64,000 nt of DNA from Camelus dromedarius. Its lineage: Eukaryota. The notes beneath the pieces were generated by a model. That model was not told where the DNA came from. It did no database searches and saw only the letters and a list, made by a program, of their open reading frames with translations. Position 1 is the first letter of the stretch, and every line of letters begins with the position of its first letter. The stretch is taken from positions 66,898,001 through 66,962,000 of the forward strand of contig NC_087449.1 in NCBI RefSeq assembly GCF_036321535.1. Reading direction: 5' to 3'. This document shows positions 25,251-36,541 of the stretch, piece by piece. A program made the translations under genes and the position numbers.

Positions 25251-28200
25251 TCCCCAGATTGGCAGACACAGACACGTTTCTAGGATTGATACTTAAGACT
25301 TAGAAGAAGAGTCCTCTGTGTGAGTGGGAACAAGTAGCTGTTTGTGGGTCTCTTCCCTGTGCAGCAGGGCCTGCCTGGGTAGCCCCCTCTTTGCCCGGGA
25401 GGTGCCCCCATTTGGCTGGAAGATACTGGGACAGTTACTCTGAACAATGAGTGCTTTCTTTTCTCCCTAAGGGATCCGAGGACAGGCCAGGAACCGAAGC
25501 CCTGTGGTACATCCATTCTCCCCCACCCCGGGGAGTTCACAGCTCATCAGCACGAGTCTCCTGACTCACTCATTTTGTCCCCAGTGACGAGGTTCCCTTG
25601 GGCTTTACACCTAGGCCGTGCGTGTGCTGTGGGTCACATGGTGTTTAGGCTGCTCCCAGCCCAGCGACTGTAAACATAGTCACATGCTAAGAGGTTTTCT
25701 CCCAGTTACTTGGCCCAACCCCAAAACACTGCTGAGTCATGCTGGGCGGGTCCCAGCCAGCCCCAATCCTGGGCATCTCCCACATTTTTTATTCAATTTA
25801 AACCCCGGTTTAAGCATGAGGCTGCCTCCTTGCGTGGGGTGAGGAAGGGCGGTCTGTGTGACGGCTATATAAGGAAAGAACCCGGCAGAGTGTTCACTCA
25901 GCCTACAGAGGGCTGGACCGGTCAGGGAGGCTCGGGCTGGGCTGGGCCATCAGTCTTGCGTCCAGCCTGGTACGTTCAGGAGAAAGGCAGCTCCAAGATA
26001 CTCTCCAAGTGTTCTGTGGGGTGCTTCCCAGCCTGAGGACACACTTGGCCCTGTGACCACAGCTTCCTTGGCCTGCAGCTCCAGTTCTAGCCTCTGCAAG
26101 AATATGCCAGAACCAGTGCCTTTCCAATCTGAGGTTGGCCCCGTGTTGTTTGGAAACCGTCCCGTTCCCTGCCCCCCCCCCCCCGAAGTCTGGCCAGTGA
26201 ACTCCCAGGACTGGTCAGACTCGCCCCAACTTTGCACGCCCTTCCATAAATGTCTCAGCTGAGCAGCTAATCCTTTGGGTTTAGGCGGGTGCCTGGGCCA
26301 TTCCCTGCAGCTGCCTGTAGGGAATTTCATGGGGGCAAGCAAGTGGCTTCAGTTGCCTTTGACACAGTTCTCCTTTAGAAGGAAGAAGGCACCAGAGAGG
26401 ACTTTACCAGGACTGTCTTTTCCCTCGAAAAGCTCAGGGCTGTGAGCCAGATAGCCTGCTGTGCCCTGTCTTGGGGCCAAAGGGAAACGCAGTCCCCTGG
26501 GTTCTTGGGGTCCTTTCACACTGGGAATTCTAATGTCCTTTGTAGACCTGGCTTAATTCATGGTTACAGCTAGCACCACTGGGGTGTTTTGTTTTAAGCC
26601 CTTTTTTAAAAAAAGTTTTTTTAATTTTTCAAAAGCCATCAAGCCCTTTTTCCAAACAAAACATATGTGCAGCAACCTGCACCTGAATCAGGAAATAGAG
26701 CCCCAGGGGTCCACCCTAGCATTACTCTCTGTGCTAGAATTTTTTTCTTTTATTGAAACACAGTTGATTGTGCGTTAGATTTCTTGCTTGCAACGTGACA
26801 GGTTTCTTCTTCTCAACTCATCTGGCACAGCCTTGGTTAGGGGATGCCCAAGAAGCCTAGAATTTGGTGAACGAGTCCCCTCTGCCCCACCCACATGCTT
26901 TGTGGCTCCCCAGGATAATGGTCTCTGAAGATCCAAGGTCCTGGTCCAGTTGAAGTGTTTGACCGAGTCGGGGCTGGGGAGGTCCTGACTAAGGTTGCTG
27001 TTTACTGAGAATTGCAGCCCCCAGGCCTTGGCGTGGCCTGCAGAGATTTGGTGGCATTTTGATGGAGCTCGGCCATCCTCCCGGGCAGGGGTCAGCATGT
27101 GCGTGGCCTTGGCTGCAGCATGGAGCCTTTGGCCTGGGCTTTGCCGAGAGAGGATATGTGTTTATGTGGAGCCAGCTGAGGGTCACTCCCCCCTTCCCCT
27201 GGAGGCTCCCTCAGACGTTCAGGGAGTCACAGGCCGTGACTCACCCTGAGCGGCCAGGGCTGACTGCCCACTCTGCGCCCGGCAGGCGGGTCCGACGGCT
27301 CCCGGCTCTACGACTGCGTGTGGAGGTACAACTCGAGCGTGAACGAGTGGACGGAGGTGGCACCCATGCTGAAGGCCCGGGAGTACCACAGCTCATCCGT
27401 GCTGGACGGGCTGCTATATGTGGTGGCCGCTGACAGCACAGAGCGCTACGACCACACCACCGACTCCTGGGAGGCCCTGCAGCCCATGACCTACCCCATG
27501 GACAACTGCTCCACCACCGCCTGCCGCGGCCGGCTCTATGCCATTGGCTCCCTGGCCGGCAAGGAGACCATGGTGATGCAGTGTTACCACCCGGACACGG
27601 ACCTCTGGTCGCTGGTGGACTGCGGGCAGCTCCCAACCTGGTCCTTTGCCCCCAAGACAGTAACTCTGAACGGACTCATGTACTTCATCAGGTGAGTCCC
27701 CTGGGCCAAGGCCACCTGTGTGATCTTTTTGTTTTTAACCCTGTGCTAAGTACATGATCTCTGTTCTCCCCATTTCACAGATGAGGAAACTGGGGTCCCG
27801 CTGGGATGTGAGGCTGGGTCTTTTCTGACCTGAATCCTTGTTCTATCCCCATTTCTTAGAGCTGTTTCTGTGGGCTTCTAGGGACCCCAGGTGTGAGGGA
27901 GCTGGGTCCTCTCAGAGACCTTTTTGAGATTCACAGAAGCTAAATCAATTGTATGTCTTTGGCTGGACTGCACCCAAGGGGTCCCACTAAAAAGCGCTGC
28001 TTGGTCTCATGTGGCATTCACAAAAACCAGAGAAAAGAGCAGAGGAGAGCTTTCTGGACACTTGAGTCTTTGCAGGAGGTGTGGCCTTGACAGAGGGACC
28101 CTTTGTGGGCTAGCTCGGTGTCGGTGTCCGGTGGTGCCAGGTGGAGGGCCGGCCCCGCCCCCTCTGCAGAAAGAGCAGCACTTGCGTGCTCAGTGTTCCC

Positions 28201-31200
28201 CGGGCTCTGTCTGTTCCCTTCCCACCTGGCCTGGCGCAGGGAGGGCCCGTGAGTCTTGTTGGAAGAACACTTGTCCAGGGATGCCACAGCCCCTCTGGAC
28301 CAGGGAGGGGCCTGACGTTGAACAAACCTGGAGCTGCCTGTGGAGACAACGACAGTACTTAGTGAGTGTTGAGGCCTCGGATGTGCCAAGCTCTGGGCTG
28401 CCTGCCTCAGGCATTTTCACAGTTGATCCCCATGATTGTCTAATGAGATGGGCACCACTGTCCCCATTTCACAGAGGGAAGAACCGACGCTTGGAGGGGT
28501 CAGGGACTTGCTCACAGCCAGAGGCTCTAAGTGGTAGCACAGGGTTTGAATTGAGGACACCCATCCCAGGTCCCAGGTGTGGTCACCATGCGTCCGTGGG
28601 CCTTGATGACTTGTCACAGCCAAGTGCCCCCTCCTGATGGGCCAGTGGGCATCGAAGGAACTGGGTGCTCCCTGCCTGCCACGCACAGCTGCTATGCACG
28701 CGTACACGTGTGCACGTACACAGGTGGTTGTGTATACCTGCTGCTCCCCTCCCTGGCCTAGAGCCTGCCTGAAGCTGCAGGACCAGGAGGGAAGGGCAGG
28801 GTGTGAATGGCCATCCCCTTTCTGTCTGGGGCTTTGAATTGAGAACCTCAGAGGACGAGGATACTGCTTCTCAGCTTCACGGTGTAACTTGTGCAAGTGG
28901 CCAGGGGGCCAGGCCTCACCGTGTCCCAGAAAGCTATGGTCTGCTCAGGTCTGCTCTGAGAAAGCCCCAGAATTCCAACCAGCTCCTGGTCCTGTTATAA
29001 AACCTCATCTGACCCTTTGCCCAGCTCTCCCTCCCCCAAGTTGTGGTAATGCCTTCAAAGAGGGGGTGGAGACCTCTTTGCTATAAATACAACATATCAG
29101 AGTGCAGGACCTTGGCTTCACCTCCTCATGGTAGTTCCAGGCTGAGCGCCTTTGAGAATGTCCTTCCCCACCAGGGTCTTACAGCAGGACTTGCCCAAGG
29201 ACTGGTCTGCGGACAGAAGGCCCCGATGCCTTCCTCCTCCTGGTCTTAGTCACTGGTCTGTTGCTAAAACGCCCCACGTGCAAACATTAGGGTGCCCCCC
29301 AGGCCCACTGTTAGCTTTCATACAGGTTCTCCTGAGCCATGAGGGGTCAGGGAAGGCAGGCTCGACTCTGTTCACTCCCTCCACCACCACCACCGCCACC
29401 GCCACCACCACCAAACCTGGCCGAGAGTGAGCATCGGTAAAGGCAACCCATTTGTCCTCCAAGTGAGGAGCGAGGGCCCAGGTCTCATGCACTTGAGCGT
29501 GTGTGTCCCAGAGCCACCCTGTTCTCGCACTTTGGCGCCTCGCACACAAAACCCACGCTCAGAACGCCCCCTGCCGTGGTAGCTCCTGTCCAGAAGGTGC
29601 CATAGTAACAGGGAGGCATCCCACGCTGCGTGGAGGCCTCAGCCCGCTGACTGCTGGCTATCCTAGGCCGTGAGCAGTTACCAGCTCTTCCTCCTCACCC
29701 AACAGTGCTCTGCCTTGGTCTCCGTTTAACCCGGCTTCTGGGCTTTGGTGTCTCGGGCCCTGCAGAGGCAGGAGCTGAGAGCACTGTCCAGCCCAGCCAC
29801 TTCTGGCACCGTCTATGTCTCTGCAGTGGGGAGGGGGCAGCGGTGGGTGGGGGGACAGCCCAGTGGGTTTCCACGGTAATTATCATCGTCATATGGGCCA
29901 CGAACTAAGAATGGTCTTTACGTTCTGAAATGATTGGAGGAAAAAAATTAGAGTGAGAGTGGTATTTGGTAACATGTGAGAAGTTATGTGAAATTCAAAT
30001 TTGTGTCTCTGAACAAGGTTTTATTGGAATACAACCAGCTACTTTGTTGATATGTCTGTGGCTGCTTTTGGTCTCAGCGGCAGTGTAGGGAACCTAAACT
30101 ATTTAGTCTCTGGTTCTGACCTGTGAGCATCCTGACTGTTACTGCTACCACTCTTTTGGGGGTAGTGTCTTTGTTTTGCAAAGCCGTGCCTTTGAACCTT
30201 TTATTGCAGGGATCAGGAGCGTGTCAAACAAGATTGAAGGGTCCAGACTCCAAGGGGAAGGGTGGTGGTGGCGTCCTCAGCCCTGTCATTGTGGTCTTGC
30301 TGTGGGACACAGAGGATGCAGCAGTGAACAGGATGGGATTGGGCGGCTGACAGTGGTGGGGAGGGCAGTGGCTGAGGAGGCATGGTCCAGGGCACGCTGG
30401 GGTGTGCAGTGGGGCGGGAGGCCTGGCCTCAGCTGGTCAGCCGGGGAAGGCTGTCCTGAAGAGGTGGCACAAGTCCACACTGGAGGGGTGAGTAGGAGAC
30501 TGGTAAGGAAGGGCCTTGATAATTTCAAGATCGCAAGCAAGCTTGGGGAGGGGCAGCAGCAGCGTCGATGCTGGGCTGTGGAAGCCAAGGGCATGACCTT
30601 TGGATGTGCAGAGCAAGGCTGGGCCCTGGCCTCAGCGCTGAGGCCAGGAGGTGTGGGAGCCTGAAATCAGCCCCCATGAACCAGGGATCGGGTCCCCCTG
30701 GCCAGTGGCTGCCAGATAGCATCCCAGAAGTCCCTAAAGGACGTGGGCCTGGAGGAACCTTCTCTAGCCCTTCACACTCCTGGTGCTTCTACTCCCTCTG
30801 ACCCCTTTCCACCCCTTCCCCTTCACAGGGACGACTCCGCTGAGGTGGACGTGTATAACCCCACCAAGAACGAATGGGATAAGATCCCATCCATGAATCA
30901 GGTAAATCCACAGACATCTCAGCCTTGGGAGCACAGGCTGGTCCTGGGTTCCAACCAGAGTGTCAGCATAAGAGCTTCAGAGACAGTCCTGGTGAGCAGG
31001 GCTTGTGTTGGGCCCTTTCCCGGTATTGTCTCACTGATCAAACTGAGACCTTAAATAAGATGCCAGGGTCACATGGCTTAGTGAGTTCATCCATTCAGAC
31101 CGGTGTTCATTGAGTACCTGTTATGAGCCCGAGAGCTTGCTGAGGAAGAGTAATCCACAGAGGGACAGCAAGTCCAAAGGCCCTGGGCAGGGTGGGCCTG

Positions 31201-32500
31201 GTGTGTCCATGGAGTAAGCCCTCTGCATAGTGTGGCTGGAGCAGAGTGAACAAGGGGGACAATAAAGGGGACGCGGTCTTTGGGCACTGACTTTGGGAAT
31301 GCATTTATTGAACAAATGCTGCGTGCTCTGAACAGGACCCCCACACTGCTGCTGCCTAACAGGGTTTCTCCTCTTCTCTGCCTGTTTGAGAAGAGGATAC
31401 TGAGCTTGACAGTGTGATGGGGCCAGGAAGGTCAGTGGCCTTTGTTCATATGGCCAATCTCCTTGGTCCCAGATACACATCTACACCTGCCTGTTTCTTT
31501 TTCTGTCTTCCTTAAAAATTACCAAACCTTGGGGGAGGGTGTAGCTCAAGTGGTAGAGCACGTGCTTGGCATGCACGAGGTCCTGGGTTCAATTCCCAGT
31601 ACTTCCTCTAAAAATAAACAAATCAATCTAATTACCCCCCTAAAAATACAAAAACAAGCAAACAAAAATTAAAATTTCCAAACCTGCTCTTACGATACCT
31701 CTGTGTGACAAAGGTCGAAATTTATAATATTACGGTTTACTTAACATCTTTACATTTAGGAAATGTATCTTCATGTTTTTCCCCATAATGAGCTACACGT
31801 ACTCATTATAGCAATTTTGGGAAAGATGGACTAGTCCAGCCTTGTGGTTCAGAGCCCAGACTTTGGATCGAGTCTCAGCTCTGCCACTGTTGGCTATACA
31901 AGGCTCAGTTTTCCCATCTGTAAGATGGGAGAGCAGTCATGCTGGCCTTACCGGGCTGATGCTGCTCGTGGGACACCTCTGCCTCGGCAGCCCGTGACCC
32001 TGGGCGTGGATCCCTGTCTTAGCTGGGGTGTGGGAAGGGCACCGGCCTGTCCTGGGACGTGTGCAGAGGACAGCTCCCAGCATCGCTCTGGGAAGCGCCA
32101 AGGCCGCCCCCCAAGGGCCCCCGGCACCTCCCCCACGGAGAGGGATGTGAGGGCTCTCTCCTGCCCTGGCTGCCAGCCTCCACTCACCGTCCCCCTTGGC
32201 CCACAGATGCATGTAGGGGGCAGCCTGGCTGTCCTCGGAGGGAAGCTCTACGTCTCTGGGGGGTACGACAATACGTTTGAACTCTCCGACATGGTGGAGG
32301 CCTACGACCCAGAGACGCGGGCGTGGAGCGTGGTGGGACGGCTCCCAGAGCCCACCTTCTGGCACGGCAGCGTCAGCATCTTCCGCCAGTTCATGCCCCA
32401 GACGCCCTCGGGTGGGCGCGGCTTTGAGCTGGACAGTGGCGGCGGCGACGTGGATGTGGGCCGGCCCCGGCCACCACAGAACCCCATCGAGCTGCACTAG
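24094..32500 (+). CDS. KLHL21: Kelch-like protein 21 (CUL3 adaptor), 597 aa; coding exons 24094-25114, 27286-27691, 30829-30901, 32207-32500
   Basis: Exon lengths 1021+406+73+294=1794 nt, GT-AG, frame continuous. [22 protein letters not shown]..., BTB (DVTL...[19 protein letters not shown]), BACK and kelch repeats (GG...YNP...W). Confidence 0.97.
27740..28900. mobile_element. Several MIR fragments in KLHL21 intron 2 (~27740-27830, 28340-28570, 28800-28900)
   Basis: cccatttcacagatgaggaaactggg and ccccatttcacagagggaagaacc...gggacttgctcacagcc are MIR cores. Confidence 0.55.
29381..29413. repeat. (CAC/CGC)n trinucleotide microsatellite
   Basis: ccaccaccaccaccgccaccgccaccaccacc visible. Confidence 0.85.
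29935..30125. mobile_element. hAT-Charlie DNA transposon relic (MER58-family-like)
   Basis: gtgaaattcaaatttgtgtctc...aaggttttattggaatacaacc...ggctgctttt...cctaaactattta matches the MER58-type consensus as recalled. Confidence 0.55.
31531..31670 (+). mobile_element. tRNA-Ala-derived camelid SINE (Vic-1-like)
   Basis: GGGGGAGGGTGTAGCTCAAGTGGTAGAGC...GGTTCAATTCCCAG head (A and B boxes), AT-rich tail (ctaattacccccc...A-rich), near-perfect TSD aaaatt(a/t)ccaaacct. Confidence 0.85.
31830..31960. mobile_element. MIR fragment
   Basis: ctcagctctgccact...ctcagttttcccatctgtaagatggg. Confidence 0.6.
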
Positions 32501-34338
32501 CCCCGGCCTGGCCCCGGGAGGGCCTCGGTGCAGGTAACCCGGCACCTCTTGGGGGCAGCACCCCCTTCCTTCGTGCACAAAGACAGGTTGGGCTCACCAG
32601 ATGGAGCATGGGCGCTCGGGCCGCTGAGCTGAGCCAACCTCAGGATCTGACACCTGGAGAGTTTCTGTGAGCTTAGAGCCCGAGTCACAGCTACTGGGGC
32701 CAAGGCTGGTGGTGGATGCCCCTCCCTTGGTCCAGGAAGAGCTGCCTCCCTGCTGACACATCTCACCGACGCAGCGCACACCCCTCCTGCAGCCACCACC
32801 TGTGCCTGTTAGCTCCCGCCTCCAGAGACGAGGGCCACTTCTGGGGTACGAGTGGAGGGGGAGGGGTCCTTCCAGAAGAGTGAGGATGGCCTCGGCCTGC
32901 CTTCCTGCAGGCCTTGCTGTCCGGAGCATCAAGAATTAGGCAGACGATGACTGCGGTGGGGTCCCGAGCTCCTCAGCCGGTGCTGAACACCCAGCAGGCC
33001 AGCTTCCCAGATGGAGAGAGAGGCTCTACCTGCCTAGCTCCTCCCCCATGCTGGGGTCTCACACCAAAACACCCCTCGTGGGTGGACCTCTGGAGGTGAG
33101 CTCAGACCTGGGTGCACAGGGCAGTGGGACAGGACAGGAGTGTGGCCCTGGAGGAGGCCTACAGGGACTGCTGACTGTTCTATCCCCAGTGGACCTGGGC
33201 TGAGGCAGATGCTGGGTGTCCCTGTCTACACACCAACCAGCTGACGTGTCCCCAGCTGGCTGGGAGTCTCCTGGACCTTCCTCCCTGGCCAGCGCAGGAG
33301 AAGAAGCTTGCAATGCAAGGTCACAGGTCAGTGGGAGGCCCTGGGACTTTGTTGCTGAAGCCCAGCCAGGCAGACAGCTGCAGACACCCTTGCCCTCACT
33401 GGCCTGCAAGTGGAGAGTCCTGTTGCTTCTCAAGGAAGCCCAGGGCAGGGGGGCCTCAGTAGTTGGTTGCAAGTTTTCGAAAGTAGTTTGGCCTTTCCTT
33501 AAAAGGAGACACCTCGAAACGGTCTGGTTTGTTTAATTTTTAATCTGTCACAGTCCTGTCACTGAAGCGTTCTGCGGGGTGGAGGTGCCTGGCTTCTCCA
33601 GGAGGGTGGTGGCAGGAGCTCCTGGGAAACCCTGTAGCTCAGGTGTCCCTGGTTTTCTCTGAGGAGTGAGCGTTTCAGGGGATTGGTGGGCTCATCCCCT
33701 CAAGGTTCCCAAGGTAGCCTTTGCTTGAATTTGTCTTTCCCTTCCAGAGGGGAGGGCGGTGACGTTTCCCTCGTTAGATCAGTGTTCATCCACATGCTCT
33801 CACCAGGAGAGAGTTTTCTCACTACTTCACAAATGGCACTTAAAGCCCTTTCATTGGCCAGAAGCCTCCTGGCCTTTGGGGCTGTTGGACGGGGCCCTGC
33901 CTTCCCTCCTGTGTGCCCACTGTGAGCCCTGGTGCGGTGTTGTGGCTGTCAAGTCTGCCGTCTGGCCCTGCAACCCCTCCGGGAGCAGCCACGGCTCACA
34001 GCTGGCCCTTCAGTCTTAGGTCGTGCCTCAGCTGGCCACTCGCAAGCCCCCATGTGGTAGGCACAGTGGGAGGGCGGGGTATGAGCCCCAGTACTTCCTG
34101 CCTCAGGCCTTGGCCAGCGTGGGTGCTCAGCCCTCTGTTCCCTTGGGGGACCCCTCCCCCAGTCTTTGCCTTCACCCCTCTTGGTCTGGTGTTCTCCCGC
34201 AGTGAGTTGGGGCTTCCCTGTCCCCTCCCCCCAGGATAGTCGCAGCCCTCACTTCCCTTCCCAGTGGTTACTGGGGCCTTTTTCTGGTGCAGGTGCCTGC
34301 CCGGCAAGGCAGGGCTGCATGAGACTCATGGAGCCCTG

Positions 34339-34342
<4 letters not shown>

Positions 34343-34381
<39 letters not shown>
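34343..34381. repeat. (TA)~19 microsatellite in the KLHL21 3'UTR
   Basis: Perfect TA run visible. Confidence 0.95.
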
Positions 34382-34384
<3 letters not shown>

Positions 34385-35387
34385 CAAGCCAGTGCCAGAC
34401 TGCCCTGCCAGGTGGGTGTGACATGCCACACAGGGAGATGTTGGATAGCGGCTGGGACACTTGTCTGGGGGACCTCCCTGGGGAGCATGTAGACCTCGAT
34501 CTCCTGGGAAAGACTCTAGGTTCCTTCCCTTGGGCTGTCTCTGTGGAGGGCCTGGCAGGACGGGGAGAGGAGTGGACTTAGACATGTGCGGCAGTCACTG
34601 GAGCACCCACTCCCTCCAGGCGGGTGTGGCTATGCCTCTGGCAAGGGCAGTGACTCATGAGGGGAGCTTTTTTGCTAGGACAGGGGAGCTGCAAACATAT
34701 TTTTCTTATTTATAAGCCTTTATAACCCCCTGCATTGGTTATGGTCAGCACTGAGGGCTGGAGCCTGGGCCCGGGCCTTTGTCTGGTCTTCCCTGGATTT
34801 TTGGTACTTTACTGTGGAAATGACCATCCCAATCTGGTGACTGTTCAGGTGATGGTTGGTTTAGTGGGGCCGGTGATGTTCACTCTCTAGAACTGCCCGG
34901 GTCCCCACCACCGTCTTTGGTTTAAAAGACCAAAGATGGGAAGGGGAGGCAGCAGGCACCACCTGGGGGTCCAGGATCAGGGATGACCCTTGAGAAACGT
35001 CTACTCCCTGCCCTGCCCTCCCCGCTCCTTGTGGGCCCCGGTTCCAGGCTGTGGAGTTCCCATCACTTACAGATGTCTGCACTGACAGGCCGGGCCAGCT
35101 GGGGTGAGACTGTCTACATGTTGGGTGTACACAACTTTTTCAGTCTATAGGACAAATTAAGTTATGAAAACTCAGTGACTAGTATTTAATGCTGATCTAC
35201 TATGAAGTGTGCTGTATATGACCCCAGAGACTTCCGTACTGGAGGACCCCCCCGCCCCCAGTGTCCAGCATCCAGTTCCAGCCCCAGGCGGTGGGGCAGA
35301 TTTGCATATTTATTTGTCTGTTCTGTAAGCTTACGTGTCTAGAATCCCATTTAAGGTTTTAGGATGCCTTCAATATGTATTTTTTGA

Positions 35388-35393
35388 AATAAA
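35388..35393 (+). terminator. KLHL21: Probable KLHL21 distal polyadenylation signal (3'UTR ~2.9 kb)
   Basis: AATAAA in AT-rich context followed by GT-rich downstream sequence. Confidence 0.7.
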
Positions 35394-36139
35394 AATATTT
35401 CCTATACACTTGGTGTCGTCTCTATCCTGCTTTGGCCGTGTCTTGGGTCCTCTAGGCTGAGGCCACGTGCATGGGGCAGGGAGAGCAAAGTGGTAGCCTG
35501 CTCCAGAGCCAGCTGCAGCCTCCCGGCCCCACCTCTGGGTGCTCTGCCCCTTGCCTCACTCCCTGCTCCTCCTGAAGGTGGGGTCCCAAATGGTGATGAG
35601 ATCCCTGTCTGCAGTGGGTGAACCTTGGACCTGGCAGGGCCGGGGGTGGGTGGGTGGTAGAACCCATAAAACAGAGGAGCCCAGAAGAGGCCGTGAAGCT
35701 CAGAAACATTCCTCACACCTGCAGAGCCCACCTGAACCCAAGGAAGAGGCCACTGCCAGGCTGAAAAGAGCTTCGTGAGGCCACAGTCTGTCCTAGTCCC
35801 CTTGCCAGATCAGGAGCATGTGACCTGGCTGGCAGTTACTGCACTTGAATCCTGTCTTTACCACTGAGCTCCCTAGTGGTCAAGGAATAAAAGAAAAGAT
35901 GGTTAGACGGGTTCTTGGTCCTCAAACGCTGGAGGGACTTAGCCTAGCATGGGGCTGGTGCTTTGGGAATCCTCCAGTGAAGGGTGTAAGTAGTGCCTGA
36001 CTTGAGTTCTTGGGATCATGACCTTCAGTACCACTGATTGAGCGTTCACTCCATGCCAAGCACTGAGTAGGAGCACTCCCTTGGGCCAGTTGGAAAATGT
36101 GCAAATTCTTTGACACTCTTCCCACTAAGTGGAAGGGTC

Positions 36140-36360
36140 TGTGTTCCCTTGAATCTAAGGAATGTCATTTATGGTGACTGGACCAACACAACATGGCAGG
36201 AATGACACTGACACTTGACTTCCAGGGCTAGGTCACAAAAGGGCCTTAAGGCTTGAGCCTGCTGGGACATTTGTTCTTGGCACCCAGCCACCATGCCGTG
36301 AGAAAGCCCAGGCAGCCCACGGAGAGGCACCCAAGCCCACTCGGCCGAGGTCTCTGGACA
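36140..36360. mobile_element. MLT1-type (ERVL-MaLR) LTR fragment
   Basis: acttccagggctaggtcacaaaagg...cccagccaccatgccgtgagaaagcccaggcagccc resembles MLT1 LTRs. Confidence 0.5.
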
Positions 36361-36499
36361 ACGCGGGGAAGCTGCAGGCCCGGCTCTGAGGTGCACGGAG
36401 GGTCGGGCAGGGTACACAGTGGAGTCCATGCCTGGAGTCCAGGTTACTGAGGAACGGACCACAGGATGGGCTAGAACAATCGAGTCCAAAGCCATGTGG

Positions 36500-36505
36500 T
36501 TTATT
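36500..36505 (-). terminator. ZBTB48: ZBTB48 polyadenylation signal
   Basis: TTTATT on +, ~36 nt after the stop codon. Confidence 0.8.
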
Positions 36506-36541
36506 GGGGGCTGGGGCCAAGCAGACTGGTGGGCAGGGGGG

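Noticed and set aside
27580-27600. KLHL21 kelch motif reads YHP where YDP is usual
   Set aside because: Single substitution judged against a remembered human sequence; too weak to interpret without an alignment.
31531-31610. tRNA-Ala(AGC)-like sequences here and at 40700-40771, 46510-46584, 56030-56104
   Set aside because: Acceptor stems are broken, the copies share a non-tRNA AT-rich tail, and several have TSDs. They are SINEs, not tRNA genes.
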